Positions 1-9,444 are shown, counted from the stretch's first letter. The stretch is DNA of 58,636 bases from Bdellovibrionota bacterium (GCA_963169805.1 CAUJDY010000019.1:1-58636); one strand, 5' to 3'. Numbers and translations are program-made. The notes: generated by a model from the sequence alone, not told the origin.

Positions 1-490
1 ATTTTTTTATTTTATAATGGATTCTATTAGACCACATTTTTTCAGACGCGCGAGTTGCATCTCCTGTAAATAAAAAGCTATTTTTGAACTTAAATATACT
101 TGAATTAGAGTTATTATCGTTAAAGGACTGCGATTGAAAAAGAGTCTGAATCGAACGGCTTAAATTTTTGCATGGAGGAAGATTTTTTAAGTATTTATGT
201 TTTGACTCTTTAAAGAGGCACAGAGTTCTCATGTTTTTTTGTAAATTGATTGCAAAATTAATATGATCTTTATCTTCGTGACTGTAATAAGCAAAATTAT
301 TCAGGTGTTGGCAAAGAGGTATCACGTCTGAAGGAAAAACTTCACCTCCAAAATCTATGTGATGACATTCGTTTTTGTAGAAGATTGTCAAAAATTGTCC
401 TTGTCCAATATTCCATAAAATAATTTGTGGTTTGAAATCAAAACAAATTGCTGTTGGAAGTAAAAAGATGCAAGCGAGAAGCTCTTTCAT
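1..490 (-). CDS. Metallo-beta-lactamase-fold protein resembling the ComEC C-terminal domain (3' end runs off the window; absent from supplied ORF track)
   Basis: My own minus-strand translation from the ATG at 490..488 gives MKELLACIFLLPTAICFDFKPQIILWNIGQGQFLTIFYKNECHHIDFGG...YYSHEDKDHINF...SFLFTGDATRASE. It stays open to position 1. The GQGQ..DFGG, SHxDxDH and TGD motifs are typical of the ComEC MBL domain. AAGGA lies about 6 nt upstream of the ATG. Confidence 0.6.
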   Translation of the reverse strand, partial: MKELLACIFLLPTAICFDFKPQIILWNIGQGQFLTIFYKNECHHIDFGGEVFPSDVIPLCQHLNNFAYYSHEDKDHINFAINLQKNMRTLCLFKESKHKYLKNLPPCKNLSRSIQTLFQSQSFNDNNSNSSIFKFKNSFLFTGDATRASEKMWSNRIHYKIKK

Positions 491-1349
491 ATTTTTCCTT
501 TATAATAATCATGCAGTTAAAAATAAAAAAATAAATCCAAAGATAAAAGATTGAGATCTTCCATTGAGCGGATACGGTGTCTAATGAGATGTGTTTGAGA
601 GTAGAAAATAGCGTAGACCATAAGAAGTCAATAAGAGGTGAGATTGGAGTAATAAAGCTAAGAAGACTTAAGGGGAAAAGGGCGAATCCTATTAACGGTG
701 CAATAAGGGTGTTTATCAAGATGCTGATGGGATGTGGAGCTGAAAATGCAACCAGTACAGGCAAAAGAATGAAATACGTGGATGTATTCCTTAGAATATG
801 CTGTTGTCCGGGTCTGCAAGCTAAAGCCGCTGAAGCGCTTAACAAAGTAGAAAATGAATGGATAAAAGTTCTTTGAGCGAAAAACAAGCATAGGGTGCTA
901 ACCAGTACAATCTCACTATGAAGCCAAAATAGAATTTTTTTAGAAACAAGTTGTGTGATAACAAGAGATATGAGCCCTCTAAGAGCAGGAGCTTGAAGTT
1001 TAGTCATTAGGCAGTATAAAAAAAGACACACTATTTTTAGTGTAAACGTACATTTTAATTTGCTCAGGAACCAATCAAGAAAGATGAGATGTGAGGCAGA
1101 GACCACAATAAGATGAATGAGCCCACTCGATCTTAATAGATATAACTCAACATGTGGTATTTGAGATTGATCTCCACATACAATTGCTCGTGTCATAAAG
1201 CCATAGTGACTGTTTGGAGTAAAATTTAAGCACAAATTATGAAGATATTCAGAGGTAGAATTTAAGTTTAGACCATTCCAGTTCGGAACGAAAATAAGTC
1301 CTATTGTTATTATAATTGATACAAACCACATAAACATCTGTTTATGCAA
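438..1349 (-). CDS. comEC: ComEC/Rec2-like competence-domain integral membrane protein (DNA internalisation channel part)
   Basis: 303-aa polytopic membrane ORF. The motif RSSGLIHLIVVSASHLIFL matches the ComEC competence-domain signature (SGLSHLLAISGLH-like). An MBL-domain ORF follows immediately downstream. Confidence 0.6.
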   Translation of the reverse strand: MHKQMFMWFVSIIITIGLIFVPNWNGLNLNSTSEYLHNLCLNFTPNSHYGFMTRAIVCGDQSQIPHVELYLLRSSGLIHLIVVSASHLIFLDWFLSKLKCTFTLKIVCLFLYCLMTKLQAPALRGLISLVITQLVSKKILFWLHSEIVLVSTLCLFFAQRTFIHSFSTLLSASAALACRPGQQHILRNTSTYFILLPVLVAFSAPHPISILINTLIAPLIGFALFPLSLLSFITPISPLIDFLWSTLFSTLKHISLDTVSAQWKISIFYLWIYFFIFNCMIIIKEKYERASRLHLFTSNSNLF

Positions 1350-1832
1350 TCATAAGGCCGCGTACTGCTAGAACATATTGCATTTGAATTCAGCAAAAAA
1401 CGAAAATCGGATTTAAGATCTTAAATAAAAATGTTAGAGATTCGTTAATTTGTTATTATTAATTAGTAATTACAGATATTTATGAGTGATGTATTTTTAA
1501 GCAAATCGGTGAAACCGTTGAGTTTAAGTGGGTCTAAGGTCTAGTTGTGTGACCTTTCCACAATCATTGTGGAAAAGTCTTAATTGAAAGACCCAGACCA
1601 ATAGATTGTGCATAGAAAATGCAACTTCGACTAAATAGAACGATCAAAAAAATACAACATGATGCAATTTTACAACACTCATATACTCTTAAAAATCATG
1701 ACTAGACTTTGCGACTTAGATTTTTATTTAAATACAAAAGGCTGTTAAAATTTAATCTATTAAATTCAGTGCTTGCAGCGCAGTGTGCTGACATCACTGG
1801 CAACTTGATTTCACGCCACGGAGGGCTTTGTA

Positions 1833-2450
1833 ATGAGATTAATCCTATTGGGATGCTTCGTATTCTTAGTTTCATGCCAAACCCAAGTTAAAAGCAGATC
1901 TGCCGCAATGCCAGTTCAATCGCAGGATGTAAAGAAGAGTTATGATCAGTTAGAAAAAGAAAATTTGGAACTTAATCTTCGTAACTCTATTCTGTTGAAG
2001 GCTTTAAAAGAGAAGCGACCTCAGACAGTTAAAAAGACACTCAAACCATCCTCTACGCCGTTTCCTGAGTTTGATGAAGTTCTTCATGAGCAGGCACAAG
2101 CTGCATATGAGGCTAAGGATCTGGATCGTCTTGTTGAGGCTATGAGAATTCTCAAGGCAAATCACGCATCAAGCCAGTACTTACCCCGAATCTATATTTG
2201 GTTAAGTGATATGCAGATTCAAAAAAACCAACATACACAGGCACTTGTAACGCTTGATGAATTTATTAAGAGTTACTCTCAGCATGAATACGCATCCAAA
2301 GCTCTGTATTTGAAAGCAAAAATTTATGAGAAATTAAATCTTAATATTCAGGCACGAGAGGTTTACTCCAATGTGCAAAGACTTTATCCAAAGTCTAAAG
2401 AAAGAGAGCTTTCAGAGCTAGCTCTTAAGCGTAAGGAGATGAAACAGTGA
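1833..2450 (+). CDS. Lipoprotein with N-terminal coiled coil and C-terminal TPR-like repeats (YbgF/CpoB- or BamD-like)
   Basis: Lipobox signal MRLILLGCFVFLVSC. The C-terminus (FIKSYSQHEYASKALYLKAKIYEKLNLNIQAREVYSNVQRLYPKSKE) resembles the YbgF repeat pattern. Confidence 0.45.
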   Translation: MRLILLGCFVFLVSCQTQVKSRSAAMPVQSQDVKKSYDQLEKENLELNLRNSILLKALKEKRPQTVKKTLKPSSTPFPEFDEVLHEQAQAAYEAKDLDRLVEAMRILKANHASSQYLPRIYIWLSDMQIQKNQHTQALVTLDEFIKSYSQHEYASKALYLKAKIYEKLNLNIQAREVYSNVQRLYPKSKERELSELALKRKEMKQ

Positions 2451-4150
2451 AGTTCGTATTATTGATTATTTTATTGGGATCTTTCGTTTTTGCTCAAGAT
2501 GAACTTGGTTCTGAAATACAGAAGTTAGAGTCTGGAAATGTTGAACAAGTTCAAGGAGCAGAATCTGTTGAAACTGTAGAAGAAGATTTAGAGCAGGAGT
2601 TAGCGCAAGAGCCACCTGCACCACAAGAAACGGATCCCATCGTGGATTCAGCAGAGGAACCTGTATTAGAGGAGGCTCCTGCTGATGAAGCAGAAGCTCC
2701 TGTAGAGGAGATTGTTGCTCCAGATACATTACCAGAGCAAAACTTTGAATCTGTTGATCCAGTTGTTGAAGAAGATTCACAAGAAAAAGTTGCTCCTGTT
2801 GTAACAGAAGATCCGACGCCTGAGGAAACTCTAGAGCCACAGCAAACAGCATCTTTTGATGCCCAGGGCTCCGATTTTGAGGCAAGGCTAAATCGGATTT
2901 ATAATCAGTTTTATTCTGAGGCATTATCTGAAGATGCGTGGAAGCAAATCGCAGGCGAAAAAATTAATGAATCCTATACAGTCCAATCTGGAGATACTTT
3001 GTGGGATATTAGCGTCACGTTTTTTGGAAATGGGCATTATTGGCCCAAAGTTTGGCAGTTAAATGATGATATTACAAATCCACATTTAATATCTGCTGGT
3101 TATCAACTTAAATTTGTACCAGGTACGCTCAAAGATGCTCCTCAACTTAATATTACAGATGGTACTGCTGAAGCGCCCCCTGAACCTGTTGTTGCAGATG
3201 AATCTCAATCAGCTGCTCCGGAAGAAGAGTTAACTCCTGTGATTCCTCCTCCATCAAAAAAATCAAGATCAGTTTTGCAAAGCTTGCCTCCAAGTTTGCC
3301 GATGCTTGTATCAAAAAAGTATGCTGAGTTTGATAATGATGGGTTTTCAAGACAACAATCTCGAGCGGCAATTAAATCTACTGATGTTTTTTTGACTTCA
3401 TATATTTCTGATTCTAAACCTGAAAAATTAGGATCGGTTGTTGAATCCGATATAGGTGATGTTGAAACAGTTGGAGTTTACGATACTGTTTATGTAAAAA
3501 TTGATCAGTCTGCGCAGCCAAATGAAAAATTTGTGATTTATAACTTAGGAGAGCAGATTCGTTCTAAAGATTCTGGTAGAAAAGGGTATCAAGTATTCTG
3601 TCATGCAGAAATACGAATCATTGAAAAAGTGAACGAGGATAAAAACATTTATAAAGCTCTAGTCACTAAAAGCGTATTTCCTGCTAAGGTAGGGGCGATG
3701 TTGATGAAGGGTAGTATTCCTCTAGCTAATGCTGAGGAAACTGGGGCCTCAGGTTCAACAACGGGTGAGATTATTGGCGGAGATTATGAAGACGAACGAT
3801 ATCTATTTGGAACTCAGCAAGTTGTGTATATTGATCGTGGAACAGAAGATGGAGTGCAAGTTGGCAGTATTTACTCTGTTAGGAAAAATAACAGGCTTAG
3901 AAATCCAAGTTCTCTTGTAAAAGAAATGAGAACTCAAATAGCAAAAATAAAAGTTGTTAAGACGGCCGGGCAATTTTCAACGGCAATTGTTTTGAATTCG
4001 AACGAAGAAGTACGAGTTGGTGATAAATTTACTGCTGCATCTGGTGGTGCGGCTCCTATTATGAAAGATATCATTGAAGAACAACAATCGGAACAACTTC
4101 CGGAATCCGAGTCCGAAGAAGTTGAAAGAGATGAGTTTATTGAAGAGTAA
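2447..4150 (+). CDS. Secreted LysM-domain peptidoglycan-binding protein with an acidic low-complexity N-terminal region
   Basis: GTG start overlaps the upstream stop (GTGA). Signal peptide MKFVLLIILLGSFVFAQ. LysM motif YTVQSGDTLWDISVTFFGNGHYWPKVWQLNDDITNPHLISAGYQLKF. Confidence 0.75.
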   Translation: MKFVLLIILLGSFVFAQDELGSEIQKLESGNVEQVQGAESVETVEEDLEQELAQEPPAPQETDPIVDSAEEPVLEEAPADEAEAPVEEIVAPDTLPEQNFESVDPVVEEDSQEKVAPVVTEDPTPEETLEPQQTASFDAQGSDFEARLNRIYNQFYSEALSEDAWKQIAGEKINESYTVQSGDTLWDISVTFFGNGHYWPKVWQLNDDITNPHLISAGYQLKFVPGTLKDAPQLNITDGTAEAPPEPVVADESQSAAPEEELTPVIPPPSKKSRSVLQSLPPSLPMLVSKKYAEFDNDGFSRQQSRAAIKSTDVFLTSYISDSKPEKLGSVVESDIGDVETVGVYDTVYVKIDQSAQPNEKFVIYNLGEQIRSKDSGRKGYQVFCHAEIRIIEKVNEDKNIYKALVTKSVFPAKVGAMLMKGSIPLANAEETGASGSTTGEIIGGDYEDERYLFGTQQVVYIDRGTEDGVQVGSIYSVRKNNRLRNPSSLVKEMRTQIAKIKVVKTAGQFSTAIVLNSNEEVRVGDKFTAASGGAAPIMKDIIEEQQSEQLPESESEEVERDEFIEE

Positions 4151-4182
4151 GCTGGCGCTCTGTTTGCAGTTATCATTCTCTT

Positions 4183-5076
4183 ATGAATATAAGTGAATTT
4201 CTAGCCATATACTCGACTCAATCCTACATTAATTTTGACCAGTTCATAACTTGGAGAGGTTTATTTAAAGATCCTGAGGATTTTAGAAGAAACTACGATC
4301 AAGTTATTGATGATGAGGAGAGGTTAAAAATAAAATCTCTTTCGATTTTTGATAGAGTTGATAGAATATTTTTAGATTGTATCAATCATAAGTCACAAAT
4401 ACTTCACCCCTATCATCCTGATTACCCTGACACTTTTTTAAATTTGAAAAGACCACCCTTGTTTTTGAATATAAAGGGGAGGCTTTCGTCGTCTTATAAT
4501 GCATTTTCTGTTGTTGGAAGTCGTGAGCCATCATTAAGAGTGGTAGATTGGATGCAAACTTATTTACCCAATGTCATAAAAAATGGATATGGTATTGTGA
4601 GTGGCGCTGCAAGAGGTGTGGATCAAGAGGCTCATAAGATCTGTTTAAGGGCGGGGCAATCCACAATAGCTTTTTTACCATCAGGTCTGAGATCTGTGTA
4701 TCCAAGAGATTTTATTAAATATGAGGATCATATACTTAGCATGGGAGGAGCCCTCATAAGTGAGTATGAGCCTCGTAGAGAGGTCATGCCTCATCACTTC
4801 TCTGAGAGAAATAGAATGATTGCAATGTTAGGTAGTCTTGTTTTAGTTTGTGAGGCGAAGATTCGGAGTGGATCTTTTATGACGGCTCGTCTAGCGATTG
4901 AAAATTGTAAAACACTTTGTGTTTTACCTTCTTTTCCTACTGATACTAAGAACGCAGGCGGACTCAATCTCTTATTTGAGGGGGCCTTTCCAATTCGTGA
5001 TGATAAAGATCTTTTAACCTTATTGGCTGTTTCGAACTTAAATTCTACAAATGTTACTTATTCCAAATTGCTTTAA
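4183..5076 (+). CDS. dprA: DNA-processing protein DprA (Smf)
   Basis: VVGSREPS...GIVSGAARGVDQEAHKICL...IAFLPSGLRSVYPRD...ISEYEP...FSERNRMIA is the characteristic DprA Rossmann-like core. Confidence 0.85.
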   Translation: MNISEFLAIYSTQSYINFDQFITWRGLFKDPEDFRRNYDQVIDDEERLKIKSLSIFDRVDRIFLDCINHKSQILHPYHPDYPDTFLNLKRPPLFLNIKGRLSSSYNAFSVVGSREPSLRVVDWMQTYLPNVIKNGYGIVSGAARGVDQEAHKICLRAGQSTIAFLPSGLRSVYPRDFIKYEDHILSMGGALISEYEPRREVMPHHFSERNRMIAMLGSLVLVCEAKIRSGSFMTARLAIENCKTLCVLPSFPTDTKNAGGLNLLFEGAFPIRDDKDLLTLLAVSNLNSTNVTYSKLL

Positions 5077-6214
5077 GAGAGTAGGCTGCAAAAATTGAAA
5101 ATAAGATATTTGGTACCCACATTGCTAGCAGAGCTGGTATGTGACCATTAATAGCTAGATTGTCCATTGTCACATTTAAAACCCAGTATGCCACAATCAA
5201 AGCTACGGAGATAACAAATCCTCCAGATCTAGCAACTCTGCGATTTGTAACTGTTCCTAATCCCACTCCTACGACTGAAAAAATAAGACAGGCAAAGGGA
5301 AAAGCCCATCTTTTATGAAGTTCAGTTCTAAGAATAACATGGCGTTCTTTATCATTATCGGGGTGATTTACCTCTTCATAAATCTCTCGAATCGTCATGG
5401 CCTTTGGTTCTTTTTTTCGATCTTTCTTTTGGACCGTTGCAGATAAAAAGATATCGTAATTATCAAAGTGTATTTTTGTATATGCACTCATATCTGCACG
5501 ATGAATACTTCCCTGGAAAAGCCTGAGTACTGAAGATTTAGATTCATCATTTAAATTTAAGATCTGGCCTTCTCTAGCGATGATTGTAACTGGATTTTTT
5601 TCCGATCTTTCGTCATATATAAATACGTCTTTTAAAATACCTTTTTTTTGATTTATTTTATTTGCATATACAACTAAATCATAAAAACCTTCAGCAAAGG
5701 TACCTTCTCGAATTGTTGAAACAACTTTAGTGCTACCGAGTTTTGCAATTAAATCATTAAATTGTCTTTGTCCCCAAGGTCCTATGTAAAAATAGGTTTG
5801 AGCTGAAAGAAGTGTCATAAGTAGACCTATGAGCAAAGGAGGTATAGTGAGAGTTTTTTGTGATAACCCAAGAGATTTAAAGGCTATAATCTCTGAGTCT
5901 GTGCTGAGGCGTCCATATGTCATAAGAACAGAAAATAGCACGCTCATTGGTAGTATCATGGGTAGAAAGCTAATAGAGAGATAGGTTACAAGTTGAAAAA
6001 TCGTTTTTATTTGGATTCCGTGTACTAGAATGAACTCTGTGAGTTTGAGGATCTGAAAGGTGAGTAGGATAGAGATAAAGACGAGGCTTCCCACGAGAAG
6101 GCTCGGTAGAATTTCTTTTATGATGTAGCTTATAGCATAAATGTGTCTCAAGCTGTCCTCATAGGGAGAATACCTGTTTCTTAAACTTTGTGCAAAGCAA
6201 AATAGATAAGACAT
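5054..6214 (-). CDS. LptF/LptG-family (YjgP/YjgQ) LPS export permease
   Basis: 386-aa membrane protein. N-terminal TM bundle (IKEILPSLLVGSLVFISILLTFQ...PMSVLFSVLMTYGRLSTDSEIIAFKSLGLS), a central periplasmic domain, and C-terminal TMs. Confidence 0.75.
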   Translation of the reverse strand: MSYLFCFAQSLRNRYSPYEDSLRHIYAISYIIKEILPSLLVGSLVFISILLTFQILKLTEFILVHGIQIKTIFQLVTYLSISFLPMILPMSVLFSVLMTYGRLSTDSEIIAFKSLGLSQKTLTIPPLLIGLLMTLLSAQTYFYIGPWGQRQFNDLIAKLGSTKVVSTIREGTFAEGFYDLVVYANKINQKKGILKDVFIYDERSEKNPVTIIAREGQILNLNDESKSSVLRLFQGSIHRADMSAYTKIHFDNYDIFLSATVQKKDRKKEPKAMTIREIYEEVNHPDNDKERHVILRTELHKRWAFPFACLIFSVVGVGLGTVTNRRVARSGGFVISVALIVAYWVLNVTMDNLAINGHIPALLAMWVPNILFSIFAAYSLKAIWNK

Positions 6215-6250
6215 TTTGACCCTTAAGGGGCCTCTTCATCATAATGAGGT

Positions 6251-6973
6251 ATGAGACGTATATTTTTGCTTCTTGATGATTATGTTGAATTGACATTTCT
6301 TGAGACCATATTAAAAAAAGTTGGTTTTGATGCTGTTGGATATCAAGGCATTATGAACGCCAGCGACAAGGCCATGGAAATTTCACCAGATCTTTTAATT
6401 TTATCAGATGTCATTAAAGGTCAAGCCACATCCGACGCTTTAGATCAGATCAAAAGAATTCGACCGCAAGCAAAGTGTCTTCTTTTAAGAAGAGATTTTT
6501 CTCTGCCTATAACTCATAATTTAAAGCTTATTGATCTGACTTTAAAATCTCCTATAGATCCGATTGATTTTCTGAAGCATGTTTCAGGACTTATGCAAGT
6601 TGATGCTGCTGCTATAGTAGAGAAGTTTATGAAGCTTGGTTTGTTTCGTGGTGCAGAAGCCGAGTCTTATATTAAGGTTGCAAAGTCTACGTCGACTTCA
6701 AATGCAATTTTAGACCATACGGATGACGTAAAAGTCACTTCTAGTTCTACGGAAAATAGCAATTTCTTAAAAAAAGTAACGTCTACAGATACAACACGAA
6801 TTGATTCTTATCAAAAGAAGATTCAAGGTGTTCCTGAAGCAAAATCCTCAGGAATAGATCATAAGGCAGTTGTTAAAGCGTCCGCAGAGCTAAGAAGTCG
6901 TAGTGGAGATAAAGAACTCCAGAAAATTGATGAAGAACGTCAAGAGTTTGTAAAGGCTCTTTTTAAAAAGTAG
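6251..6973 (+). CDS. Receiver (REC)-domain protein with a Ser/Thr-rich C-terminal extension
   Basis: LLLDD acidic pair, DLLILSD acceptor-like Asp and LKSPIDP (KP motif) in REC-like spacing. No output domain recognised. Confidence 0.45.
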   Translation: MRRIFLLLDDYVELTFLETILKKVGFDAVGYQGIMNASDKAMEISPDLLILSDVIKGQATSDALDQIKRIRPQAKCLLLRRDFSLPITHNLKLIDLTLKSPIDPIDFLKHVSGLMQVDAAAIVEKFMKLGLFRGAEAESYIKVAKSTSTSNAILDHTDDVKVTSSSTENSNFLKKVTSTDTTRIDSYQKKIQGVPEAKSSGIDHKAVVKASAELRSRSGDKELQKIDEERQEFVKALFKK

Positions 6974-6979
6974 ATTTTC

Positions 6980-8908
6980 CTATTTCTTTTTCTTGAATAG
7001 CATACCAACAACATCTTTTAAATCTGCATTCATGATGTCTACAGGTTTTGAAGATTTCTTTTGGAGCGAGATAATATTCAATTCTCTTTTTGCTTCTACG
7101 TTATTTGATTGCATTGAGAGAGCTTGTTTCATATTTTTTTCTGCCTGTTCAAGATCTCCAATTTGCTTCAAATATAGACCTTTAACAAAATAATAGGTCG
7201 TATTATGCCTATCCTCAGGCGGTATTCTATTTAAATCTGATTCAATATCCTTTAGATAGGATTCTACGTTTTGTGCTTGTGGGATTAGGATTTTGCCCCA
7301 AAGATAGTGTAAGCGAATTTCTGCAGTTGGGGGGCGAAGAGACATTGCTTTTTCTAAAAGAGGAATAGCTTTCTGAGGTTGGTTTGATTTTAGAAAGGAT
7401 TTTCCTTCTTCGAATAAAGATTCTGACTCAAGAATTTTTTCAGCAAACCCCTTTTCAAGTTCTTTAAGATATTTAAGTCTTGATTCATCTTCACCAAGCA
7501 TTTCATAGGCTTTAGAGATCTTTGCAAAAATATTATTTGTTAACTCTAAAACTTCTTTTGGAGCTTGTGGAGAGACTTTGTCTGGGTGAAAAAGCTTTGA
7601 AAGCTCATAGTAAGATTTTTTGATCTCTTTTGATTTTGCTTTATCGCTAAGACCTAAAACTTCAAAGTGATTTTGCAGATCCATGTCTGCCTTAATTTTA
7701 GAAAGTCTTTCTATAAGCGCCTTATTGTCGACAGGCTTTACCTGCTTATCGAAGCAAATAAATTCGTTAACAATTAGCATGTGAACACCTATCAGGACAT
7801 CTTCTTCTTTGAATGTCTTTTGGTCTAAAATTTCTGTTAAATTGGCGCCTTGTGTGAGAATTTGTGCAAACTTAGGCATTCTATTAAGCGGAGCTAAATT
7901 ATGAATAGGTGATATGTCAGCAAAGAATTTTGTTTTGGATATTTTATTTTCCATCCAAGGCATGTAGAAAGTTTTAAGCCATGTCAGGGTGAATTTTGAG
8001 TGCAGCCAATCGCTGAGAAACCTTTGGTAATCCTGTGATTCTAGATGAACGGCATCCTCTGTTATATTTTGTTCTGATATTTCTAATTCATATGAAGTGT
8101 TTTTAATTAAATATCCCACTCGTATGCCAAGCTGTTCAGCGTTGATAATATCAATAACATGTGGACTTACAAGATTTGCGTCTACAAGTCTCTCTCCAAT
8201 TCTTTTGGATGATTTTTGTTGGAGAGTTGTTTCAAGCATTTCTACAGAAATAAAGTTTTTATCAACGAGGAGTGCTCCAAAGAATGACTTTGGATCATCT
8301 ACAACTGCCTTTACAATCGCTCCTGATTTAAGATGTATTTCTATTGGCTTCACTTGAGAAGATTTAAATTTTAGTATTCCAGAGAATTGAGCCTTCATTA
8401 GGTATGCAAGTGCACGAGGAACATCAAATCCATGGATTTCTGTCATAGAGCGTACGGCTTCAAGTCTTTCTGAATGTGTTGCTTGATCTTTTGTTAGGAT
8501 ATCAGACGTAGGGGCTAACTCTTCAGTTACAAGATCTGCAAATTCGTTTGATAGAAGTTCTACTACGACTTTTGTATCTATAGGTTTTTTAAAAAAGTGC
8601 TGTGACTTAGTTTTAATCATAGCATCTTTAGCAGAGCTTTTATCTAAAACAAAACTCATAAAAATAAATTTAGGTGTAGATGTTGCTTCTTTTTGGATTA
8701 TGCCAACAATATTATCGAGAGAGGCTTTTTGAGTGAGGCATTCAATAAAAATTAAATCAAATTTTCTAAGCTTAACGGTTCCAATGAGTTGATCATGGTC
8801 AGAGAAGCAAAAAACAGAATAACCCGCCTTCTCAATTTCAGCCTTCATTTTTTGGGCAGATGCGGAGTCAATATCTAGAATGGCAATAGAAATATCTTTT
8901 TTATTCAT
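6980..8908 (-). CDS. Multidomain J-protein: REC-like (Glu at acceptor position), DUF4388-like region, DnaJ J-domain and TPR repeats
   Basis: N-terminus ILDIDS...FDLIFIE...FKKPID. The central segment FSGILKFKS..IEIHLKSGAIVKAV is DUF4388-like. J-domain NHFEVLGLSDKAKSKEIKKSYYELSKLFHPDKV carries the HPD motif. The C-terminus has TPR-like repeats. Confidence 0.7.
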   Translation of the reverse strand: MNKKDISIAILDIDSASAQKMKAEIEKAGYSVFCFSDHDQLIGTVKLRKFDLIFIECLTQKASLDNIVGIIQKEATSTPKFIFMSFVLDKSSAKDAMIKTKSQHFFKKPIDTKVVVELLSNEFADLVTEELAPTSDILTKDQATHSERLEAVRSMTEIHGFDVPRALAYLMKAQFSGILKFKSSQVKPIEIHLKSGAIVKAVVDDPKSFFGALLVDKNFISVEMLETTLQQKSSKRIGERLVDANLVSPHVIDIINAEQLGIRVGYLIKNTSYELEISEQNITEDAVHLESQDYQRFLSDWLHSKFTLTWLKTFYMPWMENKISKTKFFADISPIHNLAPLNRMPKFAQILTQGANLTEILDQKTFKEEDVLIGVHMLIVNEFICFDKQVKPVDNKALIERLSKIKADMDLQNHFEVLGLSDKAKSKEIKKSYYELSKLFHPDKVSPQAPKEVLELTNNIFAKISKAYEMLGEDESRLKYLKELEKGFAEKILESESLFEEGKSFLKSNQPQKAIPLLEKAMSLRPPTAEIRLHYLWGKILIPQAQNVESYLKDIESDLNRIPPEDRHNTTYYFVKGLYLKQIGDLEQAEKNMKQALSMQSNNVEAKRELNIISLQKKSSKPVDIMNADLKDVVGMLFKKKK

Positions 8909-9036
8909 TATATTTAAATATCGGAAATAACACGGTTTTTTTTAAATAAAAAAATAGCTTTTGCACTTGACGAAGCACCCCTTGAATCTCACATTGATAC
9001 GAGAGATGATCTATCTGCAATAAATAGGAGTTCCGT

Positions 9037-9363
9037 ATGGCAAAGTTCACAAAAGCAACAACTGACAGTAGTTTTGAACAAGATGTAATCAAGGCAGAGA
9101 AGCCTGTGCTTGTAGATTTTTGGGCAGAGTGGTGTGGCCCATGCCAAGCCCTAGGTCCGAAGCTTGAAGAAGTAGCTGAAGCGATGTCTCAAAAAGCGAC
9201 GATTATTAAGCTTAATGTAGATGAGAATCCGCAAACAGCAGCTAAGTATGGTGTGAGAAGTATTCCAACAATGATCATTTTTAAGAATGGTCAAGATGTA
9301 GATCAAATCGTTGGCAATGTACCAAAAGAGACAATCGTATCTATGCTTCAAAAACACATGTAA
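9037..9363 (+). CDS. trxA: Thioredoxin
   Basis: 108 aa with [14 protein letters not shown] (WCGPC active site) and [14 protein letters not shown]. Confidence 0.95.
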   Translation: MAKFTKATTDSSFEQDVIKAEKPVLVDFWAEWCGPCQALGPKLEEVAEAMSQKATIIKLNVDENPQTAAKYGVRSIPTMIIFKNGQDVDQIVGNVPKETIVSMLQKHM

Positions 9364-9385
9364 AATTTTAGATCTCAAACAAATT

Positions 9386-9417
9386 AAAAAAGCTCATTCT
9401 TAGATGAGCTTTTTTTT
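9386..9417. terminator. Bidirectional rho-independent terminator between trxA and rodA
   Basis: AAAAAAGCTCAT-tcttag-ATGAGCTTTTTTT. The stem is flanked by an A-run and a T-run and lies between convergent genes. Confidence 0.7.
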
Positions 9418-9444
9418 ATTTAAAATGAATATTATTGTTTCAAA

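Noticed and set aside
577-891. ORFs 577..876 (+) and 658..891 (-) inside the comEC region
   Set aside because: They are nested in or antisense to a membrane-protein ORF with a recognisable ComEC motif. They have no motifs of their own and are typical shadow ORFs.
1709-1891. 60-aa TTG-start ORF overlapping the lipoprotein gene start
   Set aside because: It overlaps the lipobox-bearing ORF 1833..2450 in another frame and has no RBS or motif.
2466-2924. 152-aa antisense ORF within the LysM protein gene's acidic repeat region
   Set aside because: Low-complexity Gln/Leu-rich translation produced by the antisense of a GAA/GAG-rich region. The sense ORF has a signal peptide and a LysM domain.
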